A DNA stretch of 64,000 nt from Ruminococcus sp. (lineage in GTDB: Bacteria > Bacillota > Clostridia > Oscillospirales > Acutalibacteraceae), in contig JAFRGI010000026.1 in assembly GCA_017433905.1 (NCBI GenBank), forward strand, positions 52,790 through 116,789. Direction: 5' to 3'. Positions within the stretch are counted from its first letter, which is position 1. Every line of letters starts with the position of its first letter. The translations under genes were made by a program, and so were the position numbers. This document shows, piece after piece, positions 10,286 to 21,694 of the stretch. The notes beneath the pieces are model-generated. The model was not told the DNA's origin and searched no databases. It was given only the letters and a program-made list of their open reading frames with translations.

Positions 10286-11728
10286 ATGAAACCGGAAAAT
10301 ATGGCAATGCTGTGTGATTTCTATGAATTCACCATGTCTAACGGCTATTTCAAAAACGACTTTTACAAGCGCAATGTTTACTTTGACGTTTTTTTTCGCA
10401 AGGTACCCGACAACGGCGGATTTGCTGTCGCAGCGGGTCTGGAACAGGTAATTACGTATCTTAACGATCTGCACTTTAACGAGGAAGATATCGTCTATCT
10501 TCGCTCCAAAGGTATTTTTGACGAAGCGTTTCTCGCTTATTTGAAGAATTTCCGCTTCACCGGCGATATATGGGCTGTTCCGGAGGGAACGCCCGTCTTT
10601 CCCAACGAACCGATTCTCACCGTACGCGCGCCCGCAATCGAAGCGCAGTTGATTGAAACCTACATTCTCCTTTCCCTCAACCACCAAACTCTCATCGCCA
10701 CCAAAGCGAACCGCATTGTCCGCGCGGCGCAGGGCAGGGCTGTATTGGAATTTGGCTCCCGGCGTGCGCATGGCGCTTCAGGTGCGGTTCTCGGCGCGCG
10801 AGCAGCCTATATCGGCGGCTGCACAGGAACTGCCTGCACCCTGACTGACGAGTTGTACGGAGTCCCCGCGGGAGGCACAATGGCGCACTCATGGGTACAG
10901 ATGTTTGAAAGCGAATACGATGCCTTCCGCGCTTACTGTGAACTGTATCCCGACAACCCCACGCTCCTTGTTGACACCTACAATACACTGCGCAGCGGTA
11001 TTCCCAACGCGATCAAGGTGTTCCGCGAAGTTCTGCTTCCGCAGGGCAAAACAAAATGCGCCATCCGTCTGGATTCGGGCGACATCTCCTATCTGTCCAA
11101 GAAAGCGCGTCATATGCTGGACGAAGCAGGACTGACGGAATGTAAAATCACAGCCTCCAACGCCCTCGATGAAAAACTGATCCGCGATCTGATGATGCAG
11201 GGCGCGCAGGTAGACACCTTCGGGGTAGGCGAACGGCTGATCACGTCCTCCGATTCTCCTGTGTTCGGCGGCGTATACAAGCTTGTTGCCGTAGAAAATG
11301 CAGAGGGAGATATTGAGCCAAAAATCAAGGTAAGCGAAAACGCCGCCAAAATCACCAATCCACATTTCAAAAAAATCTACCGCTTCTATGACAACGAAAG
11401 CGGCAAAGCACTTGCCGACGAGCTCTGCGTCTACGACGAGGTGATCGACGACAGCAAACCCCACACCATTTTTGATCCCAACGCTACATGGAAAACCAAA
11501 ACGCTGACCGACTTTACCGCAAAAGAACTACAGGTACGCATATTCAAAGAGGGCATCTGCGTCTACAACACTCCGTCAATCCGGGATATCGCTGCCTACT
11601 GCCGCGAGCAGATCGACTTGCTTTGGGATGAGGTAAAACGCTTTGAGAACCCGCACAATTACTATGTCGACCTCTCGGAACAACTATACCAAATCAAAAA
11701 TATTCTTTTAAGCGTCTACAAAATGTAA
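10286..11728 (+). CDS. pncB: Nicotinate phosphoribosyltransferase
   Basis: EFGSRRAHG, GTMAHSW, LVDTY, IRLDSGD, GGVYKL. Confidence 0.95.
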   Translation: MKPENMAMLCDFYEFTMSNGYFKNDFYKRNVYFDVFFRKVPDNGGFAVAAGLEQVITYLNDLHFNEEDIVYLRSKGIFDEAFLAYLKNFRFTGDIWAVPEGTPVFPNEPILTVRAPAIEAQLIETYILLSLNHQTLIATKANRIVRAAQGRAVLEFGSRRAHGASGAVLGARAAYIGGCTGTACTLTDELYGVPAGGTMAHSWVQMFESEYDAFRAYCELYPDNPTLLVDTYNTLRSGIPNAIKVFREVLLPQGKTKCAIRLDSGDISYLSKKARHMLDEAGLTECKITASNALDEKLIRDLMMQGAQVDTFGVGERLITSSDSPVFGGVYKLVAVENAEGDIEPKIKVSENAAKITNPHFKKIYRFYDNESGKALADELCVYDEVIDDSKPHTIFDPNATWKTKTLTDFTAKELQVRIFKEGICVYNTPSIRDIAAYCREQIDLLWDEVKRFENPHNYYVDLSEQLYQIKNILLSVYKM

Positions 11729-12178
11729 AATTCATTCCCGTGTAAGCTGCATAAAAGATGTCCGATTTATGAAAACTATTTACGGGACTGTAACAAATCG
11801 AGTTTTACTCGAACAGAACAAATGCGTCTTTATATTGCTTTTGCGGAATTTTATCAAGACGGTTACAAACATTGGAAATTCCCAAGACAAATGTGACAAA
11901 TCTTTCATCGTTTGAGTACAACTTCGCCAAAAAACGGTTACAATTTTCAGAACTCGTTGACTTTACTACGTTTTTGTAGTATCATTTTCTACAGACAATT
12001 CGTTGAGTTACAGTCATGTAACCGTCACACCTCGTGTTTTTTAACCAAAATGTAATATATTTTGTGCTTCAAACCGATTTTTTTATTCATTTGCCACTAT
12101 ATATTGTGATTGGTACAGCATATTGTTGCAGACTTATTAGTTGCCTTAAATCCTCAGCAAGAATTGGAGTGTCAACAT

Positions 12179-13480
12179 TTGGAAAAGTTTGTTGTTAACG
12201 GCGGTACGCCTCTTTTCGGAGAAGTGAATATCAGCGGTGCGAAAAACGCAGCTGTCGCAATTATCCCTGCGGTCATTCTCTGCGACGAGCCCTGCCGAAT
12301 TGAAAATATTCCCAACATCAGTGATGTTACCCTTATCAGTAAAATTTTGCAGCAGATGGGCGCAAAGGTAAAGAGAATAGATAAAAATACTCTCTTCATC
12401 GATCCCACTCACATCCATTCCAGCACAGCGACAACCGACTCGGTCAGAGGCATGAGAGCCTCCTATTACCTGCTCGGCGCTCTGCTCGGCAAATACGGCA
12501 AGGCGCGCGTTGCACTGCCCGGCGGCTGCAACTTCGGTGTACGTCCGATTGACCAGCATCTCAAAGGCTTTGAGGCACTCGGCGCAGAAACAAGACTGGT
12601 CGACGGCGCGATTATCGAAGCAGCATGCAGCGAAACGGACGGTCTTGTCGGTACGCATATCTACCTTGACGTGGTTTCTGTCGGCGCAACCATGAATATC
12701 ATGCTCGCCGCAAGCCGCGCAAAAGGCTTGACCGTCATTGAAAACGCAGCCAAGGAACCGCATATTGTTGACCTCGCTAACTTTCTGAACTCAATGGGTG
12801 CAGATGTCAGAGGAGCTGGTACCGACGTCATTAAAATTCGCGGCGTCTCCGCAATGCACGGTATCACCTATTCGATCATCCCCGATCAGATCGAGGCAGG
12901 CACCTATATGTGTGCAGCAGCGGCAACACGCGGTCGCATTACCATCAATAATATCACGCCCAAGCATTTGGAATCCATTTCCGCAAAATTCCGCGAAATG
13001 GGCGTTAAAATCACCGAGTATGATGAAGCGATTATCTTTGACGCGTCTGTAAAGCCGCTGAAAAGAGTGAATATCAAAACCTTGCCGCATCCCGGCTTCC
13101 CCACCGACTGCCAGCCGCAGTTTACCGCGCTGCTGATGAGCGTTCCCGGCACAAGCATTGTCAACGAGAACGTCTGGGACAACCGCTATCAGTATATCAG
13201 TGAATTGATCCGCATGGGTGCACATATCTCGGTAGAAGGCAGACTTGCTATCATCGAGGGCGGCACACCGCTGACAGCTGCTCCCGTCAGCGCCACCGAC
13301 CTAAGAGCCGGCGCAGCAATGATTATCGCAGCGCTGCAAGTCAAAGGTACCACGGAAATCTCCAGCATCCAGTACATCGAAAGAGGGTATGAGGATGTCG
13401 TCGAGAAATTCAAAGCGCTCGGCGCAGATATCAAAAAGGTTTACTTTACCGGCGACAATGAGCAAGAACTCAGAGCCTGA
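12179..13480 (+). CDS. murA: UDP-N-acetylglucosamine 1-carboxyvinyltransferase
   Basis: ISGAKNAA, LPGGCNFGVRPID, PDQIEAGT, PGFPTD, DLRAGAA; TTG start after GGAG. Confidence 0.95.
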   Translation: MEKFVVNGGTPLFGEVNISGAKNAAVAIIPAVILCDEPCRIENIPNISDVTLISKILQQMGAKVKRIDKNTLFIDPTHIHSSTATTDSVRGMRASYYLLGALLGKYGKARVALPGGCNFGVRPIDQHLKGFEALGAETRLVDGAIIEAACSETDGLVGTHIYLDVVSVGATMNIMLAASRAKGLTVIENAAKEPHIVDLANFLNSMGADVRGAGTDVIKIRGVSAMHGITYSIIPDQIEAGTYMCAAAATRGRITINNITPKHLESISAKFREMGVKITEYDEAIIFDASVKPLKRVNIKTLPHPGFPTDCQPQFTALLMSVPGTSIVNENVWDNRYQYISELIRMGAHISVEGRLAIIEGGTPLTAAPVSATDLRAGAAMIIAALQVKGTTEISSIQYIERGYEDVVEKFKALGADIKKVYFTGDNEQELRA

Positions 13481-13689
13481 TTATTCACGGAAAGGTTTAG
13501 ATATTGAAACCTTTCCGTTTTTTCATCAGTCCCGAAAACCGCCCGCCGCCGAAAATGCTTTCCGATTCCGGCATCGTTTCGACACACAGGACCAGAGTTT
13601 TTTAACGATGCATTTCGCAGTCACCATACAGTCACTTTGTACCTGTATAATATTCTTATAGAACAAATCCATGGGGTTTTGAGGTTTTT

Positions 13690-13845
13690 TATAGGCAATA
13701 CCACACCATTCGCGCCGTGAGATTTTTCGTCAAAGTGCACCAATAAACGGAAGCAAGGCTGACGCCTTGCCGAAAATTTTCGGGCAGTCTGACGGAATCA
13801 TATCCAAGCAAGGTGTGCGCCGCGAATGGTGCGGTGTTGCCTATA
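13690..13845. repeat. Palindromic MITE/REP-like dispersed repeat, copy C (best preserved)
   Basis: 23-bp terminal IR TAGGCAATACCACACCATTCGCG / CGCGAATGGTGCGGTGTTGCCTA (21/23 match), a further TA on each side, inner hairpin GCAAGGC-TGAC-GCCTTGC. Confidence 0.88.
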
Positions 13846-13912
13846 CATAAAAAGGTGCTGTCTTTGACACCGGCGCTTCTCTATGCCCCCGAATCGAAAA
13901 GGAGTTAATAAA

Positions 13913-14812
13913 ATGAAACCATACGCCGCCCTTACGCTCACAGCCATATTGCTTCTCTGCACGCTCACCTTTGCAGGTTGCAAAGATAGCAATCTATATA
14001 CATATCCGCGTGAGGAACAGATGAAATCCCAAACTGCCATTTTGATCAATATGGACAACCAACAGCCCGTCTACGAAAAAGCCGCGGACAAGCGCATGTT
14101 CCCTGCCTCTACAACAAAAATCATGACCTACATCATTGCCCGTGAAAGCATCGATGATCTGGATGCCACACGCATTCAAGTCAAACAGGAGCTTCTGGAT
14201 CAGCTCTTAGACTCCGGTTGCTCGATGGCGCACCTCAATCAACATGTCGGCGAAACCATGAGCGCACGGGACATGTTTTACAGCATGCTGCTGCCTTCCG
14301 GAACCGACGCGACGCTGGCGCTCGCCGATTATGTCGGAAACGGCAATCTCGACACCTTCGTCGAGATGATGAACGACAAAGCAAAGACACTGGGCTGCAA
14401 AAACACGCATTTCACCAATCCCAGCGGTCTGCATGACGATAACCACTACACCACGGCACGCGATCTAAGTACAATAACGCAATATGCGCTGTCGGTTCCC
14501 GACTTTGCCACGATTACCAATACCAAGGAATGGCTCTGCGAAGGTGACACGGAACCGCTTACCAACACAAATTATATGATTGATCCGGCACACCCCGAAT
14601 TTTATTATCCCGCCGCCAGAGGCATTAAAACCGGCACCACCGATCAAGCCGGCAGATGTCTGGTCACATCTGCCGACAGTCGAAACCGAAAATTCCTGTT
14701 AGTGCTGATGGGCGCGCCGTATCAGGAAGGAAAGTACGTAGAATACGACACCTTTACAGACGCCAAGGATATTTTTAACTGGGCTCTGAATGAGCTTCAG
14801 TTGAAGCAGTAA
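13913..14812 (+). CDS. D-alanyl-D-alanine carboxypeptidase (peptidase S11), lipoprotein
   Basis: PASTTKIMT (SxxK), HFTNPSGL, KTGTT; lipobox FAGC. Confidence 0.9.
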   Translation: MKPYAALTLTAILLLCTLTFAGCKDSNLYTYPREEQMKSQTAILINMDNQQPVYEKAADKRMFPASTTKIMTYIIARESIDDLDATRIQVKQELLDQLLDSGCSMAHLNQHVGETMSARDMFYSMLLPSGTDATLALADYVGNGNLDTFVEMMNDKAKTLGCKNTHFTNPSGLHDDNHYTTARDLSTITQYALSVPDFATITNTKEWLCEGDTEPLTNTNYMIDPAHPEFYYPAARGIKTGTTDQAGRCLVTSADSRNRKFLLVLMGAPYQEGKYVEYDTFTDAKDIFNWALNELQLKQ

Positions 14813-14952
14813 CGCTTCCCTGTTGCGGAAAGGGTTGTGACTCTGTCACGCCCTTCCGCTTCTTTTTTTCATTTGTTATGTTGTTCTCAAAAACATCTTG
14901 CAGCTTTCTCAAAAATATGCTAAAATTTGCTACGGATAAAAGGAGTGAGGAT

Positions 14953-15741
14953 ATGGCGCGAATCGTACCGCTGTTCAGCGGAAGCAAGGGTAACTGTTAT
15001 TACATCGGCACAGCCGCTCAGGGCGTTTTGATTGACGCGGGGCGCAACTGCAAGCAAATCGAAACGGCAATGGAGACAAACGGACTGAGCATGAAAAGCG
15101 TGGGTGCTGTGTTCGTCACCCACGAGCATATTGATCACTGCGCTGCATTGAAGGTGCTGACAAAAAAGCACAAGCTGCCTGTCTTTGCGAGCGAGGGCAC
15201 GCTGCAAGCGCTCGCCGCGCGGGACAGAATCACCCCTGACGTCAAGATACAATTGATCCGCGACGCCGCCGACCTCGGCGATATGCGCGTACAGCGCATT
15301 AATACGCCGCACGACGCGGCAGAGAGCTGTTGCTACCGCATTATCACCCCCGACGGAAAAACAGCCATGATCGCAACGGATATCGGTCACGTCACCGAAG
15401 AAATCCGTTCGGCGCTTGCAACATGCCAGCTTGTGGTGCTCGAATCGAATCACGATATCGAAATGCTGCGCACGGGACCGTACACCTATATTCTTAAAAA
15501 ACGTATTCTCTCCGACCACGGGCACCTTTCTAATGACGCGTGTGCAGCAGAACTGACACAGTTGGTGCGTACCGGCACCCTGCGTCTGATGCTCGGGCAT
15601 CTCAGCGAAATAAACAATACTCCGCAAATTGCGCTGCGCACCTCCGTCGCGGAATTGGAACGTGCGGGAATGAAATATAAAAAGGACTATACCCTCGACG
15701 TTGCCCCGAGCACACCGGAGGTCAAGAGCGTGATATTCTGA
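14953..15741 (+). CDS. MBL-fold metallohydrolase, YycJ/WalJ-like
   Basis: SGSKGNC, THEHIDH, ESNHD, GHLSN; usual position before rlmH. Confidence 0.88.
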   Translation: MARIVPLFSGSKGNCYYIGTAAQGVLIDAGRNCKQIETAMETNGLSMKSVGAVFVTHEHIDHCAALKVLTKKHKLPVFASEGTLQALAARDRITPDVKIQLIRDAADLGDMRVQRINTPHDAAESCCYRIITPDGKTAMIATDIGHVTEEIRSALATCQLVVLESNHDIEMLRTGPYTYILKKRILSDHGHLSNDACAAELTQLVRTGTLRLMLGHLSEINNTPQIALRTSVAELERAGMKYKKDYTLDVAPSTPEVKSVIF

Positions 15742-16226
15742 TGTTAAAAATCAATATACTTTGTATCGGAAAAATAAAAGAAAAATATTTTGCCGACGCA
15801 GTCGCCGAATATGCCAAGCGGCTCGGCGCGTTCTGTAAATTTGCCGTTATCGAACTGCCGGAGGAGAAAATCCGCGACAATCGTCCTAACGCATCACAGA
15901 TTAACGAAGTGCTCCGCGCCGAGGGCAAGAACCTTCTCAAAAAAATCGGCGCGTCCGACTGCGTCATTGCCCTGTGTATCGAAGGCAACATCATTTCGAG
16001 CGAGGAACTGTCGCACACGCTCGACCGACTGGCGCTCAGCGGTAAGAGCACGGTGGATTTTGTCATCGGCGGCAGCTACGGATTGAGCGACGCGGTTAAA
16101 CGCCGCGCCGACATACAACTTTCCATGAGCCGCATGACCTTTCCCCACACCATGGCACGGATGATTTTGACCGAACAGATCTACCGCGCTTTCGAAATCA
16201 GTACCAACGGCAAATATCATAAATAA
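15741..16226 (+). CDS. rlmH: 23S rRNA (pseudouridine1915-N3)-methyltransferase
   Basis: FVIGGSYGL, SRMTFPH, EQIYRAF...GKYHK. Confidence 0.96.
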   Translation: MLKINILCIGKIKEKYFADAVAEYAKRLGAFCKFAVIELPEEKIRDNRPNASQINEVLRAEGKNLLKKIGASDCVIALCIEGNIISSEELSHTLDRLALSGKSTVDFVIGGSYGLSDAVKRRADIQLSMSRMTFPHTMARMILTEQIYRAFEISTNGKYHK

Positions 16227-16244
16227 TCGTGCAGAGGAGTTCCT

Positions 16245-17984
16245 ATGGCTTTAGACGGTATTTTTTTACGACATATCAAACACGAAATCGAAAAAGAAAT
16301 CCTCGGTGCGCGCATCCATCAAATCTATCAACCCAACCGCGACGAGCTGGTGCTCGTTTTGCGCGGCTATTCGGGCAGCAAAAAGCTCCTGCTTTCGGCA
16401 AGAGCCAATTCTCCGCGCGTCAATTTCACGGAACACGCACCCGAAAACCCCACTCAGCCGCCGATGTTCTGCATGCTGCTGCGCAAACGTCTGGGCTGCG
16501 GCAAGTTGGTCGGCGTACGGCAGTTGGAATGCGACCGAGTGCTCTTTCTTGACTTTACATGCACCAATGAACTGGGCGATACCGTGCCGCTGACAATCGT
16601 CTCCGAGATCATGGGCATGTACAGCAACATCATCCTCCTTAATCGGGAAACAAACGTGATGATTGACGCACTCAAGCGCGTCGATCTGACCGTCAGCAGC
16701 AAACGCATGATTCTGCCTAACCTCACCTATGAACTGCCTGAGGCGCAGAACAAATACAACCTTCTCACATCATCTCCCGACGAGATCGCCGCACACATCC
16801 GCTCACTGTCCGCAGAAATGCCGCTGAGCAAAGCTGTCCTCACATCGGTTCAGGGCGTATCTCCGATCATCGGGCGTGAAATGGAGCACCGTGTCTGTGA
16901 AGGCGCTACCAATCGTTTGGATGATTCTTTGTATGACAAGCTGACAGAGGAACTCCTCCAACTGCAACTGCTGGTTAAAACCTGCGCCGGCACCCCCTGC
17001 ACGGTCTACCGTGAGGACGGCAAACCGATGGACATCGCGTTTTTGCCGGTGACCCAATACGGCAGCTTTGCACGCACGGAACACGCGGAGAGCTTCAACC
17101 GCGCAATTGACAGCTTCTATGACGAACGCGACCGGCAAGATCGCATGCGTGTCAAAACGCACAATCTGAATAAGCTGCTGCAAAATCTTCGAGATCGCAC
17201 GGCACGCAAACTGCAAAAGCAGCGCACGGAGCTGTCCCGTTGCGCGAACAGAGAACAACTGCGCATCTGCGGCGACCTGCTGCAGGCGAATCTGTACCGC
17301 ATTGAGCGCGGCGCAACGTTTGCCGATGTAGAAAACTTCTATGACGAAAACGGCGAAACACTACGCATCAAACTAAATCCCGCCATCTCCCCTGCCGCGA
17401 ATGCGCAAAAATATTACAAGGATTATCAGAAAGCCAAAAATGCCGAGACATTCCTCACCGAACAACTTCAAAAAGGCAAAGCGGAACTGCAATACCTCGA
17501 TTCGGTACTTTACGAGGTTTCCCGTGCGGAAACGGCACGCGAGCTGACCCAGATCCGAGAAGAACTGATCGGACAAGGATATCTGCGCGCGCCAAAAGGC
17601 AAACAACCAAAACAGGCGGCACTGCCGCCGCTGCAATTTACCTCCTCTGACGGATTTACCATCTATGTCGGCAGAAACAACCGCCAAAACGATTTGCTGA
17701 CCCTTAAAACAGCCGCCAAAACGGACGTCTGGCTGCATACCAAGGATATTCACGGCTCACACGTGATCATTGCTGCCAAAGGCCGTGAGGTCAGCGAAAC
17801 CGCCATTACAGAGGCGGCGCGTCTCGCGGCATTCCACAGCAAAGCACGGTCAAGCTCCAACGTGCCCGTCGATTACACGCTCGTCAAATACGTCAGCAAG
17901 CCTGCGGGAGCAAAACCCGGCATGGTGATCTACGTCAACAATCACACCGTTTATGTTGATCCCGCGGAGAATACGGAGAGTTGA
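16245..17984 (+). CDS. rqcH: Ribosome quality control factor RqcH (FbpA/NFACT family)
   Basis: MALDG, PPMFCMLLRK, EIMGMYSNIIL, VGRNNRQND, WLHTKDIHGSHV, KPGMVIY. Confidence 0.93.
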   Translation: MALDGIFLRHIKHEIEKEILGARIHQIYQPNRDELVLVLRGYSGSKKLLLSARANSPRVNFTEHAPENPTQPPMFCMLLRKRLGCGKLVGVRQLECDRVLFLDFTCTNELGDTVPLTIVSEIMGMYSNIILLNRETNVMIDALKRVDLTVSSKRMILPNLTYELPEAQNKYNLLTSSPDEIAAHIRSLSAEMPLSKAVLTSVQGVSPIIGREMEHRVCEGATNRLDDSLYDKLTEELLQLQLLVKTCAGTPCTVYREDGKPMDIAFLPVTQYGSFARTEHAESFNRAIDSFYDERDRQDRMRVKTHNLNKLLQNLRDRTARKLQKQRTELSRCANREQLRICGDLLQANLYRIERGATFADVENFYDENGETLRIKLNPAISPAANAQKYYKDYQKAKNAETFLTEQLQKGKAELQYLDSVLYEVSRAETARELTQIREELIGQGYLRAPKGKQPKQAALPPLQFTSSDGFTIYVGRNNRQNDLLTLKTAAKTDVWLHTKDIHGSHVIIAAKGREVSETAITEAARLAAFHSKARSSSNVPVDYTLVKYVSKPAGAKPGMVIYVNNHTVYVDPAENTES

Positions 17985-17994
17985 ACAAAAACTC

Positions 17995-18023
17995 TTTACA
18001 ACCTCGGAAAATTGTAGTATAAT
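17995..18023 (+). promoter_or_regulatory. Sigma-A promoter for ilvBNC
   Basis: TTTACA-17-TATAAT. Confidence 0.65.
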
Positions 18024-18068
18024 GTAGTTTAATCGTGATAAATCCTACGGAAAGGGAGGCAATCCAAA

Positions 18069-19700
18069 ATGATTAGCGGCGCTGAAATTATGGTGAAATG
18101 TCTGGAGGCCGAGGGCGTAAGCGTCATCTTCGGTTACCCCGGTGCAACAATCTGTCCGTTCTACGACAAAATATATGATTCTACCGCGATCAAACACATC
18201 CTTGTCCGTCAGGAACAAAACGCCGCACACATGGCGAGCGGTTACGCACGTTGCAGCGCAAGCGGCATTCCGGGCGTCTGCGTTGCCACCTCGGGTCCCG
18301 GTGCAACCAACCTGATTACGGGAATTGCAACCGCATACACGGATTCTATTCCTCTGGTTGCCATTACAGGTCAGGTGCGCAGCGATTTGCTGGGACGCGA
18401 CGTCTTTCAGGAGGCAGATATCACCGGTGCGTGCGAACCCTTTGTCAAACACAGTTACATTGTTAAAAAAACCGAGGATTTGCCGAGGGTATTCAAGGAA
18501 GCCTTTCACATCGCCTCAACCGGCAGAAAGGGTCCCGTGCTGATCGACATTCCGATGGACATACAGGAAAAGGAAATCGAAGATTTCACTTATCCCGAAA
18601 GCGTTAACATTATCGGCTACAAGCCCACCACCAAGGGACATGCCATTCAGGTGAAACGTGCGATCGAGGCGATCCGATCCAGCCGCCGTCCGCTGATTGT
18701 TTCCGGCGGAGGCGTACTGCTTTCCGGAGTGAAGCCCACCTTCCAGGCATTTGCCGATACGACAGGCATCCCCGTCATTTCCACGATGATGGGCATTGGC
18801 GTCATGCCAAGTGAACATGAGCTGTATCTCGGTATGCTCGGCACCCACGGTAAAACAGTGGCAAACCGCGCCCTCCACGATGCGGATGTCGTGATTGTTT
18901 GCGGCGCGAGACTCGGCGACAGAGCTGTCGCGACTCCCCACCAAATGAGCGAAAACACCACTGTTATTCATATTGATATTGATCCCGCCGAAATCGGTAA
19001 AAACGTTAAAACAGAAATTCCGATTGTCGGCGATATGAAAAACGTTATGAATATGCTCATTGAGAGCATCGGCGACTACAAGGTCTCCAAGCAATGGCAG
19101 GAAACCGTCAAGACATGGAAAAAAGATTTTCTGCGCGTTCCTCCCGTCTTTGAGGGATTTGTCGAACCGCGCACCCTGATTGCCCATCTCAGCGCTATGC
19201 TGCGCTCCAAAGCAATACTCGTTGCCGACGTGGGACAAAATCAAATTTGGTGCGCCAACAACTTCCGCATCCGTGAAGGACGCTTCCTCACCACCGGAGG
19301 TATGGGCACCATGGGTTATTCGATCCCCGCTGCTGTCGGCGCAAAGCTTGCCCGTCCCGAACGCGATGTCGTTGTCGTCTGCGGCGACGGCAGCTTCCAG
19401 ATGAGTATGAACGAACTGGCAACCATTGCAGGCAATAACCTTGCCGTGAAAATTATTATTATGCGCAACCACCGTCTTGGTATGGTGCGTGAGCTTCAGG
19501 ACAAAAATTACAACTGCCGCCACAGCGCAACTGTTTTGCAGGGCGATCCGGACTTTCTCAAAATCGCCGAGGCATACGGCATCGACTACGCCGAAGCAAA
19601 TTCCAACGCAGAGGCAGAAAGTATTATCAAGGGCATTGTAGATTCGGACAAACCGTTTATTCTTGTCTGCAGCGTATACCCCGACACTCCGTCGATATAA
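18069..19700 (+). CDS. ilvB: Acetolactate synthase large subunit
   Basis: FGYPG, ATSGPGATNL, DVGQNQIW, GDGSFQM TPP-binding motif. Confidence 0.96.
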   Translation: MISGAEIMVKCLEAEGVSVIFGYPGATICPFYDKIYDSTAIKHILVRQEQNAAHMASGYARCSASGIPGVCVATSGPGATNLITGIATAYTDSIPLVAITGQVRSDLLGRDVFQEADITGACEPFVKHSYIVKKTEDLPRVFKEAFHIASTGRKGPVLIDIPMDIQEKEIEDFTYPESVNIIGYKPTTKGHAIQVKRAIEAIRSSRRPLIVSGGGVLLSGVKPTFQAFADTTGIPVISTMMGIGVMPSEHELYLGMLGTHGKTVANRALHDADVVIVCGARLGDRAVATPHQMSENTTVIHIDIDPAEIGKNVKTEIPIVGDMKNVMNMLIESIGDYKVSKQWQETVKTWKKDFLRVPPVFEGFVEPRTLIAHLSAMLRSKAILVADVGQNQIWCANNFRIREGRFLTTGGMGTMGYSIPAAVGAKLARPERDVVVVCGDGSFQMSMNELATIAGNNLAVKIIIMRNHRLGMVRELQDKNYNCRHSATVLQGDPDFLKIAEAYGIDYAEANSNAEAESIIKGIVDSDKPFILVCSVYPDTPSI

Positions 19701-19712
19701 TGAGGTGACCGT

Positions 19713-20204
19713 ATGCAATATACATTATCCATTCTCGTTGAAAACCATGCGGGCGTGCTCTCGAAGATTTCGGGATTGTTTTCGCGCCGCGGCTTCAATA
19801 TCGACTCTCTCGCGGTCGGCGTCACCAATGATCCTACCGTTTCACGAATCACGATCGTCGCAAACGGCGACGAATATGTGGTTGAACAGCTGGAAAAACA
19901 GCTGAACAAGGTCATCCCCGTGATTAAAGTCAAACGTCTCACAGAGGGGGAATTTATCAGCCGCGAGTTGATTTTGATTAAGGTACACTGCGCTCCCTCC
20001 AAACGCGCGGAAATCATCAAAACTGCTGAAATTATGCAGGCAAAAATCGTTGACGCCGCACCCAACTGCGTAACCGTCGAATATTGCGAGACCTCGGCTC
20101 GGATCAAAACGCTCATCGACATGCTCAAACCCTACGGTATCCGAGAAATTGTCCGCACGGGCACGATTGCGATCGATCGCGGCAACACATCCGTCTCGAT
20201 CTAA
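19713..20204 (+). CDS. ilvN: Acetolactate synthase small subunit
   Basis: ACT domain VENHAGVLSKISGLFSRRGFNIDSL. Confidence 0.95.
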   Translation: MQYTLSILVENHAGVLSKISGLFSRRGFNIDSLAVGVTNDPTVSRITIVANGDEYVVEQLEKQLNKVIPVIKVKRLTEGEFISRELILIKVHCAPSKRAEIIKTAEIMQAKIVDAAPNCVTVEYCETSARIKTLIDMLKPYGIREIVRTGTIAIDRGNTSVSI

Positions 20205-20282
20205 AGCATTAAGAAAACACGGCATACACCTTGCCTGCACATACATATCATTTCGTTTACCAAATCATTTATTTTACAATAA

Positions 20283-21356
<1,074 letters not shown>

Positions 21357-21371
21357 TCCACACAAACTTTG

Positions 21372-21399
21372 GGGAGACCCGTGCGGTCTCCCTTTTTTT
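21372..21399 (+). terminator. Intrinsic terminator after ilvC
   Basis: GGGAGACC-CGTGC-GGTCTCCC followed by TTTTTTT. Confidence 0.8.
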
Positions 21400-21410
21400 G
21401 CAGGTGAAAT

Positions 21411-21626
21411 ATGGAAAACAACTTACTGCAGCGCATCAATGAGCTGGCAAAAAAGAAAAAGACCGCCGGTCTGACCGAGGAGGAACAGGCAGAGCAAAAA
21501 AAGCTCTACAAAATCTACCTCGGAGAAATCCGTCAACAGTTTAGCGCAACCCTCAATAACGTGGAGGTCGAAAACCCCGACGGCACGGTCACCCCGTTCA
21601 AGGAAGCATACAAAAAGAAAAAGTGA
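21411..21626 (+). CDS. DUF896 (YnzC/UPF0291) family protein
   Basis: RINELAKKKKTAGLTEEEQAEQ signature. Confidence 0.85.
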   Translation: MENNLLQRINELAKKKKTAGLTEEEQAEQKKLYKIYLGEIRQQFSATLNNVEVENPDGTVTPFKEAYKKKK

Positions 21627-21694
21627 GCATGATTAGGCTGATTCCGAAAAGGATGTTTTCAGTTTAAGGCGGTGCCCTATGCGCGGCGGACAGT

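Noticed and set aside
16200-16245. rlmH 3' end as an occupied SCC-type integration site
   Set aside because: rqcH starts 18 bp after the stop; no recombinase or att duplication.
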